A stretch of DNA of 64,000 nt from Ginglymostoma cirratum. Lineage: Eukaryota. Under the pieces are notes generated by a model. It searched no databases. It was not told the origin of the DNA and saw only the letters and a program-made list of their open reading frames with translations. Location of the stretch: contig JAHRHZ010000062.1 in assembly GCA_024137785.1 (NCBI GenBank), positions 26,832,244 to 26,896,243 on the forward strand, written 5' to 3'. Made by a program: the position numbers and the translations under genes. Each line of letters begins with the position of its first letter. Positions within the stretch are counted from its first letter, which is position 1. Shown here one piece after another: positions 1 to 14,423 of the stretch.

Positions 1-1900
1 TTTATAGATCAGTTGCGCAGAGACCTTGCATTAATTGTTGTGCATGCGCCTTTAATAAAAAGCTGTCATTCAAAATGACCGTCCCAGCTCTAACTAACAG
101 TTTGATTAATTATCGCGATCGAAAGTGAATACTTTTACTGACAGTCTTAGGGCGAGAGTCGCACTAGGTTAGAATGTCATCTAACACAATTATTTAACAC
201 AATTAATGTCATCTGATGGGGCCTAGGAGATGTCAAACTTGATGTACCAAAATAAGCAAAACACAATTATTTAATGTTGAAAGGGGACGGGGAGGAGGCG
301 TGGGACTATATGTCCAAAAGTAAGAAATCTTCGTCCAGGTTTGCCATTGAAATTAAAATGTCACCACTGAGCCGAACATGCCATTCCCCCTGATGTGCTC
401 ACCAGCATTTTTGGGGTTAATTGACTTTCTGCATCGCTAGACACTGAAGCCGGACCGGCATAATCCAAGCTATTGTAGGTTCGTTTTACTGCAGTTAGTT
501 CAGGTCAGACGGCTAGGTTTGCAAGTTGCCTTTGCGGTGTTTACTTTTAAAATATTTTCACAGTTTGAAATATTTCACCTGAAGTGTACAATCGGAGCCC
601 ATGGTTCTCCACGCCAACACCCCCTCCTCCCAGATTCCACCCACAGAAGGCCTAGGATCCCCCCCTTAGTCGAACGCCTGGGGCCACTTCTGTCACAGTA
701 AACTCTAAGAATTGCAGGTACTGGCGCAATCAATTTCTTTTCCTTTGACGGAAAAGTGGGCCCCACCTATGTGCATCCGAAGTGCCTTCATTTACAACGC
801 CCATTCAAAGAGCGCTCACTCCCATCCTTGTCTTTTGTAACTGGACGGAGATAACGACGAGTTTCAACATTAGGCCAGTGAAGGGTGGAAGGGAGAAGGA
901 ACAGAATGGAGGAGTGGGGAAATCTTTGGGGTGAAAAAAAAGTTAACGGGAAAATGCAGCATCTTGGTGGTCTTCAGAGAATGGTGGAGAAAACACTGTT
1001 CGGGAACCGATGCTAAATTTCCAAAAAAAAACCCGATTAATTTAGAGATATAAAAACCGTAAATGTACCACGGAGAAAGAAGGTGATCCAAAAAGAATTT
1101 CTTCTTCAGATAAATCCACCTGAATAGTCATGAGAAGGGGAGATGTGATAAGATGAAGTTGACAGCGAGAGGGGCAGTAGAGTATGCTGTTAGGCGGGGT
1201 TTATAGGGCTGGGGCTCTCTGACAGAAGCTTACACTTCCTATCACAGCGGGTGCCAGTCAAAACAACAGAGCGTGTGGGTCTGAAAGGACAGTGTGGTGC
1301 CGGGGCTCTTAATACCAACCCCGTGTGGTTCACTACAATTCAGCTTTACGACGTACGAGGTCCAAGCACAAAGCTTGGACAACCCAACTTCCATCACGCA
1401 CTTGCAAAAATAGAAAACATTGCTAGAATCCAAAGTTGCTGCACTAGTGGTCTTCCCGCTTCACAAAAATGCTGTTATTGAAGAATGTTGGAGAACCCAC
1501 TTTTTAATTTCACAGGCACTCTTATTGTAGTGCTCTGCTGTGTGTGATTTTGTTCAGGGAGCAGCTCAGAGCTGATGAATCTTCAGCAACTACTGCTATC
1601 CTGGACTCGCCGAACGCAGAGGAGGAGGGCGCGTGTGGTTTTCGCCACGATTCAGTCGACTGCAAACAGTACAAGCCAGGAATCCGTTCCTTCTGCAAGC
1701 TCCGGCGAACGAGACATCTGAAGTAGCAGACAACATTCATTGAAAACACTCTGCAACTGGCCCTTGTGTATTAGGGAAAGAGTGCAGGCGACTCCCCACT
1801 GCTGTCTGCTCCAGAATCAAGTCATAAAGTTTGGGAAAGTACTCATGCACAGTCTTGTGAATTTATGCCGACTCCATCGAAAATGCAAGAATTTTGGAGT
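1..1900. promoter_or_regulatory. CpG-enriched, promoter/first-exon-like region
   Basis: CG dinucleotides visibly denser than in the rest of the window; no recognisable repeats; NRF1-like TGCATGCGC near 41-49; ZNF143-like GGGACTATATGTCC near 302-315; GC box GGCGGGG 1193-1199. Confidence 0.6.
1170..1270 (-). promoter_or_regulatory. Candidate minus-strand core promoter (TATA + initiator)
   Basis: TATAAA on minus strand at 1205-1200; pyrimidine-flanked A (CTACTG) about 27 nt downstream at 1178; upstream cluster of TGACAG (1220-1225), ETS ACTTCC (1234-1239), GATA core (1240-1243) and forkhead-like AAAACAACA (~1260-1268). Confidence 0.4.
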
Positions 1901-4089
1901 TTACAACGATCAGTTGGATTTTTTTTGCCAGTAGATTCAGTTTATAAACACACATTATATTACTTGCATACTTGTATTTTAAAGTACATTGAGGTTTAGG
2001 CAATTTTCATAACACAATATTCATGTACATGTTGTGGGAAAACAGGGAACAGGCACCAGCTCTGAGCATTTTCTTAGACTTTTCTGATATGTGGTAGATA
2101 ATGCTCTGATGCCAAATAATGCAATCAAACGTATAGAAATTATTGTCAGAATGTAATCAAAAGCTGTGATCAGTTTCTGTAATCCAAATTGCTTCTATTC
2201 GACCTAATAGTTTAGCATTTTTGTTAGGCTATTGAAACACTATTGAAGCAAACTTGGCTTCATTAGCATATGGAGGTAATTATTTGTTGACAAATCATAT
2301 TTCTTATTAAACATGCAATGCTCAAGTTTGCAACAGAAGACTAATCATAAGCAAAAACATTAGGTGCACAAATGGAATAATGTTTAATTATTTGTACTCT
2401 AGGGAGAAAGTGCCCATTTCTGAAGATGATTTTATATATGTGTGTAGTCTTGACACGATGCAAATATGCTTCTATAATCCTTAGAGAGTTCAATAGTAAT
2501 TAACAGACAGATCGCAAGGTTGCACCTTGTGCATACACAGTTATACAGCTGCATTTTTAAATAAAAATCTGCTGTGTTTAGGTAGCATTAACTCTTAAGC
2601 CTAATCTGTAGTTGAATAGAATATATTGAATTAACAAAAGGCATGATATATATCATTTAGTTATTGACATTTGAGGGCTGAAGCAGTACACTATTGATCC
2701 AATAGTTGCAGCGTGATTAAGAGTGTGTTATAATGCACAAATTTGTAGCTTGAATATTATTACATTTCTGAGGTCAATTCTGTAAACCAGGTGCCAATTT
2801 TTCAGGGTATAGACTGAAAGCTGTGGTCACTATTAACTAGACAATTTATTTTGAGCTAAGAATTCTTTTGACTGGTAAAGGCACCAACCTGTCATTTATA
2901 GTGATGAATAGCTTATTTTTGCTCATAGAAACACCCGCTGCCGTGTATTGTCTGTTGAAGTTAATGTGCAGTAGTGAAATTGACTTCTATTTCTGAAAAG
3001 AAATGAGCCTTCTTCTGTCTGATTAGGGCTTTAATTCAAGCATCTTGTAAAATGAAATACAGAGATCAGTGTTATCACTGGGATTTCAGGAAAGTGCAGT
3101 GGTGGTTGTATTGTGAAAATATTTTCATTTGAACTAGAAAGCCTTAATGGTACAATCATTATAACTTTTGACCTTCTAAGCAGGTTATATTTGGAAATAA
3201 ACAAATGAAGCTGTTAACCTCTAGTGACAAGTATTATTCTTATGGATCTGTTCTTGGAGATTGGAGCAAGTTCAGATGATCAATTAAGTGTATTACACAA
3301 AAAGCATATTTGTGCAACATTAGATTATATTGGCCGGGATCTGATTTTTTTTCTTGTCTATTGGTATCAAAGAAGAAGAATGACAGTGCTGATGATGTTA
3401 TAAACCAGATACATTTCATGCCTGACAATTCTCTGGTTTTTGGGAATATATATCTAGGGAATCCTACTGCTATAGTCCATACAAGGACTATGATCAGGTA
3501 TCTTGCAAATTGCTAGACTTGATAACTCAAAGCAACACAGTCATGCAGGAGATATGGTCATTGTCATGAGTGAAACATTAAATGTACCGGATGGTACATT
3601 CTTATGTGTTTGTCATCTAGTTCATGGCAGTTGAGTGACTACATATTTTTCCAATATTCTACCCTCCTCTTCCTTTGGCCACATTTGAGACAGTAGACAT
3701 TTTAGGTACTCGTCAATATTATATCATATAATATGTGAGTAGTGGCGGGTGATATATAATGTCTACCTTGTTTTGATCAGTGCAGCTCTAGATAGTACAT
3801 TTACCCAGAGGCATTAAATAGCTTGAAATTACTTTTTTATAAGCTTGCAATAATGATGTAAAATCATTAATCATTCAGTGTGAACACCATTGTGCATTCA
3901 TAACTTGAAAAGACTGACAGCTAAAAACTCTCTTATTTGATTCTTGCATGTTACATTATATTCAAATTGTGAAAAATAACAGATGCATTGAAATGATTTT
4001 AAAGTACGATCTGAGTTCTAAGTTTGGTTATAAACTGTAACACAAATTAAAACATTATTTGAACCCATTGAATGCCTTGTGAAGAGTAA

Positions 4090-4330
4090 CTTCACTGATA
4101 AGCTACTATGTCCATTTATGTTGTAACTCTCCTCTTAACTCTCTGAACCCTCCCTGTACCTTGCTCTATCACTCTCTCTTTCAAAAGCCTTATAAAATCA
4201 AGCCTCATAACCCCATCTTTAGCGGTTCATTAACTTTTCTCTTAAGTTCTATGTATTTATGAATTTTCCCCTTGTGAAATAACCTTGGATACACTTCTCC
4301 ATTAAAAGTGATGTGTAAAAGAAAATTATA
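4090..4330 (+). mobile_element. Very decayed L2-like LINE 3' end
   Basis: Pyrimidine-rich tail ending in a TGTGAA...TTGGA...TTAAAAG...AAA motif resembling L2 3' ends; recognised by eye only. Confidence 0.3.
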
Positions 4331-7300
4331 GTTATGATGGGTAACATTCCCATGAAAAATAATTGGCACCATTTTCCTTGAGCTCAATGTGTATGGACTG
4401 AGGTTGTTGGGCGTCTGTCAAATTTTAATTAACCACTGAACTCAATGTAACTATCCCAACAGCACTTTAAATTAATGGTTTAACATATGTTGATATTTAA
4501 AAAAAGAACTCATCTATTTCCAACAGATTGATTAAGCCTTTTGATAATAATTACATAGAAAGTTGTTGTGACGTAGCTGACAAGATTGGTTAAGGCCATA
4601 TCTCTGTTGTCCAAAGTAACATGTAGTTAAAGCCTTGTTAATGGCCTATTTATCATTGCTTAAATGTACGTAGTGATCCATGGTTGGTGTGAAACTCTAC
4701 CCTAAAATGTCACATTAAGTGCCTCCACAAAAATGCTTGCTACCTTAATATGATTGTGCCTTAAATTATATCATTAGCCTGCAACAGGTACTGCTCTACA
4801 TTATAAAAGGGAACACCTGGAACAGTATTTAAAAAAAACTGTCATTTAAAAATTCTTGTTACCTGTGATGATAGAAGTAATAATTGTGAGCAATCTCATT
4901 ACACAGACAGGATTCCATGGCCTCTTATGTGAAACTAATTCCACATGTGTCCAGGCTGGGATGTCATTGGGTCTCCAGATTGCAGAAAAAGTTTGTCCTA
5001 TCAACAGCTTCTTTAAATTAAAATGAACCTCTCTGGCTGTTGGGCTAGTTAAAATATGTTTGCAATGAAGTTCTTGGCTTCAGCTGAGAAAAGAGAGCAA
5101 GATATATTGTACGTAGTGACCATTATTCATCTGATCTTGGTCTCTACTTCTCCTAAATGCTTGTTACCTCTCACCAACTCAGTTATTTCCAAGGAAAATT
5201 ATAATGTAAATAAAACTTGTTCAGACACTAATGCTGTTTTGAGGGTAGTGCATGTACCCTCACATATTCATATGAAATTAACAAATGACTTTTCCTGTTG
5301 TCCTGTGCAATACTTAACCTTAATGTGATTTTAAAAAGAAATTATCTGATAGTTATCTCATTGCAGTTTACAGGATCTTGTAGTATTCATATTGTGTGTT
5401 GCAATTCCTACAACATTGCGTATTCTTTTTAAAAAAGTTATTAATTGTCTGCAAACCACTTTGGGATGTATTGAGGCCTTGAAAACTACTCTATAAATCC
5501 ACATTATTTTTCTTTCTAATTTTAATTGTTTCAATGTTAGCAAAGCAGACTCTCCTACTGACTTTCTATAACATGAAAGCTGAGTGGTTTTTGCAAATGA
5601 ATGGAATTCTGTGTACATAGTAACATGCACGCAAAGAGTTGTTTCATTTTTCTCTGTTTGGAGGACAATATAAAACAGGTAGTATAACTCACGACTGTTG
5701 ATCCATTATTGTTCAATGCAGGTATTAGTCTCAAACTGTGTCTATACTAAAAGAGGACACAACTGTATGTAAAATCAAACAGAAAATGATATATTCAAGT
5801 ATACAACATTGGAACAAAAAAATTGAACTTGTATGCTGGTTTGACAATCTCACAATGTGTACTGAATAGGAGTAGGCAATTGTGTAAACACTTGGAGAGT
5901 GTTTTCAGTTCAGATCACAGTATGGTGTTGCTTGGACAATTTGCCACTGGCAGCATCCAGGTTGTACTCTTGTCATAGCCATCAACATAAAGAATGTAAA
6001 CTGCATGCCTCTCGTGGTGTCTGCGAACCAAATATCCATGCATCACCAGACTGCCTTTAGACAAGAGTGTTAAATTCAGTATGTTAAATCCATATTGCAC
6101 CTCCAAGTAAGAAGCACAATGAGAGGGAGTTCAGAGCTCATTGGTCTTAAGTCTCTCATTTGAGTGCAACTTTCATGTCAACTTTAACCACACCATAAAA
6201 AAAAAACAGCATTACTAAGCTGTACTAGAGTGCAACCACAAGTGTAAACAGCATGAAGGCTAACAGACATTGTTCTAAGCACCAATGTTGAAACTGTCAG
6301 TGATTTATTTTGCAGATACAATTTCTGAATCTAATACTGCTCCAAGTAGGCAATTCTTGCCTCTTTGGCATTAGTGGGGCTTAATTTATCAATACAGAAT
6401 TCAGCTGTTAAATAAAGTTTAAATATTTCCCTTTACCACAGTAAAGGCCCAGCTTGCAGTCTGGAATTCTACCCAATGGAATCACTATTCGTGCTTTTAT
6501 TATTTTTACTGTTTCTCCTTTCAGTCACTGTAACTGGTAATTTCAGGGATCCTTTGAAGGTGTTTAGTGATGATTAGTACAGTTGAGCTTCGATAAATGC
6601 TAAGGTATTGTTAGTTACATTTCAATGTTAAAAGAGAAGTGATTTTGTGCCCTGGTATTCTGTACTTAACGTTAGGTATGTGTTTATCTGTGGCTGACTG
6701 CGCTATGTATCAGTTTGCATAGTTTTAAAAATTTAATGTTTAGGTCTGGAATGTTAAAAACTGTGCAGACCAACACTTCACACCTTAAAAAGGCAAAGCC
6801 CAGCAATGGTATTTTATCCTGTTGCTGCGTTTTGAAAGGAGTGCAGTTCAGTGTTTGGAGGCACTGGAATGCCATTTACTTTATTAAATTTGCTGTTAAG
6901 AGCAGGCACTAATGCTAAAATAATAAAAGCAGACCCATTTTCCTCATAAATCCTATCTAAAAATATAATTGTGCCTTTTGGAGCTTTGCACCACGTGGCT
7001 AAATGATATACTGTATCTAATCTACATATCTTTGTATGTCTAGTAGCTAATAAATTCCTTCAGCAATGAGATGTTTTTAATAGGGCAAATGCACTTTCCT
7101 TCTTCATGAGCATGCCATCCACCATAGTGTTAAATAATTCTGTTAGCAGATAGTTTATTACAATAAGAGAGTGCTGTGAGCCCTGTGTTGGTAGAGTTCT
7201 ATCTTACAAACACACAAGTATGGACGTATTTTAGATCCATTCTCAGCCCTCCTATATCACCACTCAAATATTCCTCAGCAACCTCCCAATAAAGTTGCAA

Positions 7301-9099
7301 CATGATGTCATTGAAATAGAGTAATTTTCTTCAATTGAATAAAAATAGATACTTGCATTCACTTTTAGATCTTTTACTTGTGTTTTTATTTGTAGACTCA
7401 AAAAATAAAACTTTGATATATTTCTCATATCATACCATGTACTAAGTAATATATTGTAAGAATACTTCTGCAAAAAGTCCACAGGTTCAGTATTTCTGCA
7501 ACTGTTTGCAAAGAAATAGTTGTTGCTGAACATTAATATGAAGGTAATAGAGGGAATATTTTGTATCAGTCCACATTTCATAACACCAAATTAGGCAGAG
7601 ACAGACACAAACAATAGTATTTGCACAGATACAGTATTAGGAGATTATTTATGTTGTATTTGGTTTAGGGCAGAGATGGATAATGTGTATAAGACTCCTG
7701 ATCTATTTGAATATGATACTCCTTTAAGAAAATTAGACCTTTATCATATGCACATTTGTGTAATTGACATGGGGCTGTTATCTGGACTTTGTTTCAGTTT
7801 GATAACGAAGCAAATCTCAGGTTTTGATGCTTGCGTGTCCAAAGCTTCAAATAACTTATTTTAAAAACACAATTTAAATGTTGCAAGAGCTTTCTTTAAA
7901 AATGACAGAATAAACTTGATGCAAATAATTTAATTCTTTTAGCTGAATGGCAATTTGCAAATGTATTACTACTTATTCAATCTAATAAATATTTATCTTA
8001 GTATTTCTTAAATGTAGATTTTTGCTTTCAGGTCATTGTATAAAATGTACACTAAATGCCAGCACTGTAAAGCTTATTTTAAATTCAGTCTGTTTAGGTT
8101 GGAACTAAAACCGGGCTAAATTTTCACATTTAATTTATAGAGATGTTGGTCTAAATGCAAAAAGAGTAAATGACTTGGATCTCACTGGGAAAGAATGTTC
8201 TATTTTTGTTCTCAGTGCAGCCACATTTTTACAATTATTTTGTGCAGAATGAGGGTTTTTGATATATCCCATTCAATTTATATATTTTCATTAATGAGAC
8301 GAGAGTTCTTTCCTTTACAGCTCAGGTCTTTTTCTACTACTTGAGTTTAATTTATTTCATCCAGGGCAAGAGGTCAATGATTGTATATTCCTTTCTGATT
8401 TTAATTACTTCACATTTAGTCAACCCCATATTAACCGACATCTCTTCCTAACATGCAGCTTGAAAATGGAGGGATGAAGTTAAATAAAACAAAAATCAGA
8501 TGATCCAAAAGGAAGCCAAGTATCCCACACCAGCCTGACATTCTCCTGCCCACACATACCTGCAATGCTAACTTCCTAGTGTCTGGACAGGAAAGGTTGA
8601 AAATACCTCCTCGACAGCTGCTGGTGCAGAATCTGCACTTGTGTCAGCAATCGGGTCAAACTGCGTTGGCGCAAACAGTGTTAGTGTTGTTGTGCCAAGC
8701 CAAATATTTTGCCCACTGGGTTTTCAAGTGAAATGAAATGAGAAGTTTTAATTGAAAAGAAGAATTTCTGTTTTCTAGCCAAAATTTGTGTGGCGGTTTA
8801 GCAACTCGTAGATAATTAAGAGCATATATTCTTGGTTAACCCCTCCAAGACTAATACAGCTGATTTTCCTGAGAACCTAAACAAAATACAGGCCTTTTGA
8901 TGTAAGCACAAATGAATAAAAATTGAAACAATTTCTCCCAATTCCCCGTTTTCTCCTATCGTTTATTGATAGCAACCAACTTACATTTGGGTAGAGATCC
9001 AAGTAGAGGCTTCTTCTGGTTTCCTGTCCACATTTGATATATAATTCCATGGAGTAGGGCTCTTTTTACCTTTCTGTTGACTGGTAACCAGATGAGATT

Positions 9100-9470
9100 G
9101 TAAGATATAGGAGCAGAAGTAGGCCATTTAGCCCATTCAGTCAGCTCCACCAATCAATGAAATCATGGCTGATCTGATAACCTTTAACTCCACTTTCCTA
9201 CCTGTTTCCGAATCTCTTGGTTCCCTTACTGATCAAAAATCTGTCAATTTCAGCCTTGTGTATACTTAACAACCAAGCCTTAAGAGCCCTCTGTGGTAAA
9301 GAATTCCACAGATTGACCGCCCTCTGAGAGAAGAAATTCCTCTTAATTTCTGTTTTAAATGGAAGACCTCTTATTCTGAGATTATTCACTCTGGTCCTGG
9401 ACTGTCCCACAAGGGGAAATAACATATCTGCATCTTCTTATTAAGCACCCTGAGAATCTGGTATGTTTTG
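9100..9470 (-). mobile_element. CR1 LINE 3' fragment (ORF2 C-terminus + 3' UTR)
   Basis: ORF 9198-9425 reads FPLVGQSRTR..LRIRG..FKTE.KRNFFSQRAVNLWNSLPQ..IDRFL, the typical CR1 ORF2 end, followed by the GGGCTAAATGGCCT tail. Confidence 0.92.
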
Positions 9471-9799
9471 TAAAGTCAGATAATTGCCAATTGATCATTC
9501 ATCATGTAGCATGGTTCATCTGACTACATGGAAAATAAAGTTGGAAGGGATGTAGCATGGGCAACCAATTAACACCTGTCCATGGCGGCGCTTCTCCCCC
9601 AACGTGTCTTCTACCTCCATTATATTAAGAAAGATCTTCCGATGAGGTTATTTGACAATAACAGTTTCAAGGATGAACTCCATCGTTAACCAGAATTTAA
9701 ATAACTTATTATTCAAAAAGAGTGACTAGATTAGAACCAAGATTGACAACCTTCCAAGTTCTTTTTTTATCTTGGGGATTGAGAAGGTATCCTTTTACT

Positions 9800-10050
9800 T
9801 TTGATGCTGGACTGCCAACATTAATGTTATTAGTTTATATCTCACCATAGCCATTTATGAAATTGACTCCAATAAAGCTGGTAATTTAGGGATTAGCACT
9901 AAAGCAAATCAATAATATCACTTATGTTTTCTGGAAATAAAACATTCAAACTCCTATCTGATGGTGTCTACGCAAGGTTCCAGTACTACATCACACAGGC
10001 CATTTTTAATCTCATCAAGATAACTTAATGTTGCCCACATCCTGACAAAC
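9800..10050 (+). mobile_element. Decayed SINE/LINE tail
   Basis: Ends in TGCCCACATCC, the same tail seen inverted (GGATGTGGGCA) at ~30930. Confidence 0.35.
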
Positions 10051-13000
10051 GTTCAGAGATCTAAGGATCCTTCCTTTTTGTTCCAAATCACAAAGTGCCC
10101 TAACACAAGTGGCTACCAGAATATTGCCCATTCAAAACCAATCCAAGCTTTTGCATTTACCCCACTACCTTGCTAGCAGTGGAATATGGCCACCTGATAT
10201 GGCCTTCGCCAATGTTACCACATCATGAAGGAGGGTCCAATGACTTGATCGCTGACATAACGACATCATTGTTTTGCTACTTCCATCTGTTGCAAATTAA
10301 TTGTTTTAAATCACTGCTTTAAGTTGCATACACTACCATGTTTGGGGCAGAGTTAAAGAAGTTTTCCATCGCATTTTCCTGTCTTATACCTGATCTAGGA
10401 GTTTTTAATGCTATCGATGGGGCCCCCGAAAATGTTTTAAATGCAAACTGTTCCACTCCCCAGACCTGACCTAATCTAAGACTTGCATTATAAATATTTG
10501 TACTGCAGTTGATATAATGCTTGTATTAGCTCAGATTTTCTTTGCTGTCTCAGAGACCAATAAAGGTTACAGGCTGGGCTTCAAGTACAAGTTTTTGGAA
10601 GTGTCCCTTGAGTCCTTAATTCATCAATACAATTCCTCCACTTTTCAAAAGTGCCAAGTCTTTGTATTTGTATGACAGAACCATACCAAGCAATTTGCTG
10701 CCAAATCTATGATTTTGAGTAAAAGGTGAATTTGGCGCCAGTGTTCAGATGGAATATACAATTGGCAGTTAATGCAGAAATGCATTTGTATTTTCTATGT
10801 TCCAGCAAGTGCCTTGCTTGATGCTAGCAAGTATGAGCCAGAAATTTTTGTTCAATGTAGGATTGCTACAATGCATCAAAGTTTAAGTTCGTGGGCCTGT
10901 TATGTGATGAAACTACTGCCAACACTCAGCCATTGAACGGGATGTACCTTTTGTGATATCTAAGAAAACACTGCATTGTCTTTGAGGGTGATACTCTAAA
11001 GTAAATTGTTTGCCAAACAGATTTTGATTGCATGGATCCCAAATCTGGGTAATACTGCTCTTTGACTATACAGCTAGTTGGACAGCAATAGATGTAGATA
11101 TTGATAGCTCAGCCAGCACAGGAACAGAACAACAGGGTTCAATACGTCTATAAAGGCATGTGAAAATAAGAAAGAAATCTCCAAAATCAACCAAAGTTAA
11201 ATTGTCTAAGGAAAGAAAGAAGTGAGACCACCTGGTTTACTGAAAATGAATACAGAAATACTAGTGAATTTCTGTTCAAGTTATGGAGATAAAACAACCT
11301 ATAGGTTTGACTATTAGTTAGCAACCTTAATAACTAAGAACACTTACCACACTTCAGTTAAGTTCTATACTCTGTGACCAGGTCTTGAGACACAATTTCA
11401 CATTACCAGCAATAAACCAGATAAGCTTGACTATACCTGAAGCTGTGTGAATGGACTGTTCAGGATGGAGAGCATTTCCATATCAAACAGCCACATGTGC
11501 ACGGCAGTACAGTAATTAAAATGCAGTGGTTTAGTCTGTCTGTACTGGCATTGAGATAGAGCGTTGTTGAAAGTGACTGCAGTGTGCAGGCGGTTACCCT
11601 GCTGCATTTTTCTCCAAATACACTTATAATTTTCTACAAACATTAATGCTGGTCCACGCTCTTCTGTGGCTGACTTGCTTACAATCCAAAACCATTCAGA
11701 GTTGAAAGTATTTTTCTGTATCAACCCTCTCATTGTGGGTTTGTGCATTGACTATTTTTATTCTGCTTGTTTGTATTTCTTTTCGCTAAATTAAAATGAG
11801 ACCATTTTCTGGTCGTGTTGAAAGAGTTGTTTCTTTTCATTTGATTTATTCCCCTTGAATTCCCCCTCCCCATTTAGAAAGTACCTGGTGTGTTATCCAA
11901 TTACTGTTACTGGTGTGTGGTGTGATATCATTGACATTATAAACAGTCTGTGTCAGACTTACTGAATGAAGGAAATCAGTTCTTGGTTAATTCTTGAAGA
12001 AAGGACCTAAATGTTGTATTTAGTGGCATGAAGTACATCACTTGAAGGGTACTAAATGTACAAGGTTAAAACATAAATAAAAACACTAAGATATATATAA
12101 ATACAGTTTTCTGTTTTTAACCAGATGCTTTATTTTCATTATACTTTTTTTAAAAATCAACTAATGTCTCTTACTACTCAAAAATTAATTCACTGAGGCG
12201 AACCCATCAAATTGTTACTGTATTTAGAACTTATGAAGTGATTCTTTTAAAAATACTTAATGGTAAATGATTGCAATTAACTATTACCCAAAGTCTCTTG
12301 TTTAAAAAAAAAGTGATTTCCAACTGAATCTCTGTTACAATTGGCAGAGAGTTTAGTTTGTGATAAAAAAAAACTGCAGTATGTACTTCGCTCAGTGCAT
12401 GCTTTTGACTGTCAGCTGTATTTTTTATGTGGAGGATGGGTTAGCAAATTAGTTTCAAGAATTTTGCTTTTATCTTCAAATCCTTGCATAGACGTGTCCC
12501 ACTCTACCTCACTGCTTTTTCCATCCCTGAGTTAAGCTAACTTCTTGTTGCTCATTCCTTTTGCTCCATCATTTGTGGCCGCTCTTTCAGTTACTTTATC
12601 ACACACACACCACTTTCTTCTATTCTTCCCTTTTGCTTATTGTCTGTCATTTTTGTATTAGTTAATGAAGCTGTTTGAATCATTTTAACAAGTTAAGTGC
12701 CAGGAAATGGGAACCGTTATTAGCATGACTGGCATTAACTTTAATAATAACTAATGTTGTAAATAAATATTCTCTTATCAAATAAAATTACTTGAATTAC
12801 ACGAATGATGTCAGCAGAGGAGTACTAATGAAGTGCTGTGGTTTGCTGTTCATATGTGACTGAACTAGGAGTGCTTGCTGTCTCAAATGGAAAACTGTTC
12901 TTTTTCTCAGTCTTACTATTTGTGTGAGCGTAAAATTCAAGGAAACCAATGCCCAGTTAACTATTCTGTGTAGGCATTCACACAGAAAATGGGAACAATT

Positions 13001-13929
13001 TGACTCTGGCCTGGCGTGGAATGTGTAGTGATAATTGTAACATAATGCATCATGCACAAGATAATTATTTTCTGGTATGTTTTATAAATATTATGCTTTG
13101 AATGAATTCCAAATCCCTCACTTGGAGCCATTCAATAAAAAGTAACATCTTTATAATATTCTGTCAAATACTGAAGCTAGCAATGATAAATACTTTCAGA
13201 TTCACAGTGCTATTATGTGTCTGTAAATGAGCTGTTGCCTGGCCTGACCAAGAGAAAGAGGAACATAAATTTTCTTACCTGAATTTAGCTGACAAGTTGC
13301 CCCTCTGTAAGGGAATGTCTCCACTTCTCCCTGACATCCAAATGTATGATTGTTTCCAAACGCTTCTTTGAACAGTGGCAGTACCAGAGGTGAGAGGAAG
13401 GAGTTTGTTAACTTGATCTTATAGTTTCATGTCTGTGTGGAGGAAGCACATCATTAACACCTAACCTTCAAATATAATTTTAACATAATGTGCTCACACA
13501 GTTTACCGTGGAGAAATGAATGCAAATTAGTAAATGGAAAACTAGGAGGTAACAGTGAACATGGTAAAGACTTGCTGATAGAAAAGAGGCATGGAGGCTT
13601 TTGAGAGGCAGATCCAAACCGTCGGTCCGACATACATGAAGGCTTTCGAAGGTGGAACCCGTGGAAAGGTTGTGCACAAGTGGTTGGTGTCAGAGGAATT
13701 AAAAAGCAAAAACTAGAATGCAGAAACTGAGGAGGCTGCTGAGGCCATGAAGAAATTTTGAAATGACTCAAGTTTTGAATTCTATACCTTGGGAGGCATG
13801 GGTTGTTGGTGGAAGTTGACAAGGATGTGGGATAGGTCAGCTATAATGCTGGATGCAGATGGCAGAGCTTGTAATGTGTTAGAATTTATTTCAGGCGTGG
13901 CTGTATCTCAATTTGAGGATGCCAACTTC

Positions 13930-14423
13930 TCAGAGTTTTATACGTGGATCTTTATGTGACCGGACAGGCTGGTCCTCAACCCACAAACCTTTCAACACAT
14001 AGGACATCCGTGAGGTCCTGGGGTCTACATTGCTGGATTATCTTCTTTTTCTTTCCTTCTGTACCATCTTTCTGCTTCATGATTTAAACTTTTGGACTCA
14101 AACTGCGATGCAACTTAATGGATAAGTTCCCACTATTTGGAAAAATTGGTAACAAGCTTCTCCATTCATTAGTGGCAATACTACTGCAATGCTTCAAGGA
14201 GAGCTTCAAGTGTCTTTGAAGTGTCTTGTTTGTTCTCTCCTGGCGTGTTAGTCATTTGAGAGCTCAGAAGAGAAGACTCTGCAAGGGAGACACTTTTCAG
14301 CCAACTATACAGTATCCAGTCCATCAAAGTTGATTTTGTAGGAGTTTTGCCTGAATTTTTGTGGAGTTGGCTTCGACAAGGGCTCTAGTGTTTGACGGTC
14401 CTCCCATTGAATCTGGAGAATTT
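13930..14423 (-). mobile_element. RTE-clade LINE fragment (ORF2 C-terminus)
   Basis: Manual minus-strand translation with frameshifts: ILQIQWEDRQT..QL*WTG..SSELSN..RHFKDT..LSLKHC, matching the RTE pattern ILxIxWxD..WxGH..FSEL..KRFKDxLK. Confidence 0.75.

Noticed and set aside
1544-1726. ORF containing EQLRAD, reminiscent of ornithine decarboxylase antizyme
   Set aside because: Only a six-residue match; no other antizyme motifs or TCC TGA frameshift site.
1731-1750. AACATTCATTG resembles the miR-181b 5' end
   Set aside because: Diverges after 11 nt and I see no precursor hairpin.
3581-3600. 8 bp hairpin AATGTACC-GGAT-GGTACATT
   Set aside because: Isolated short stem expected by chance; no supporting context.
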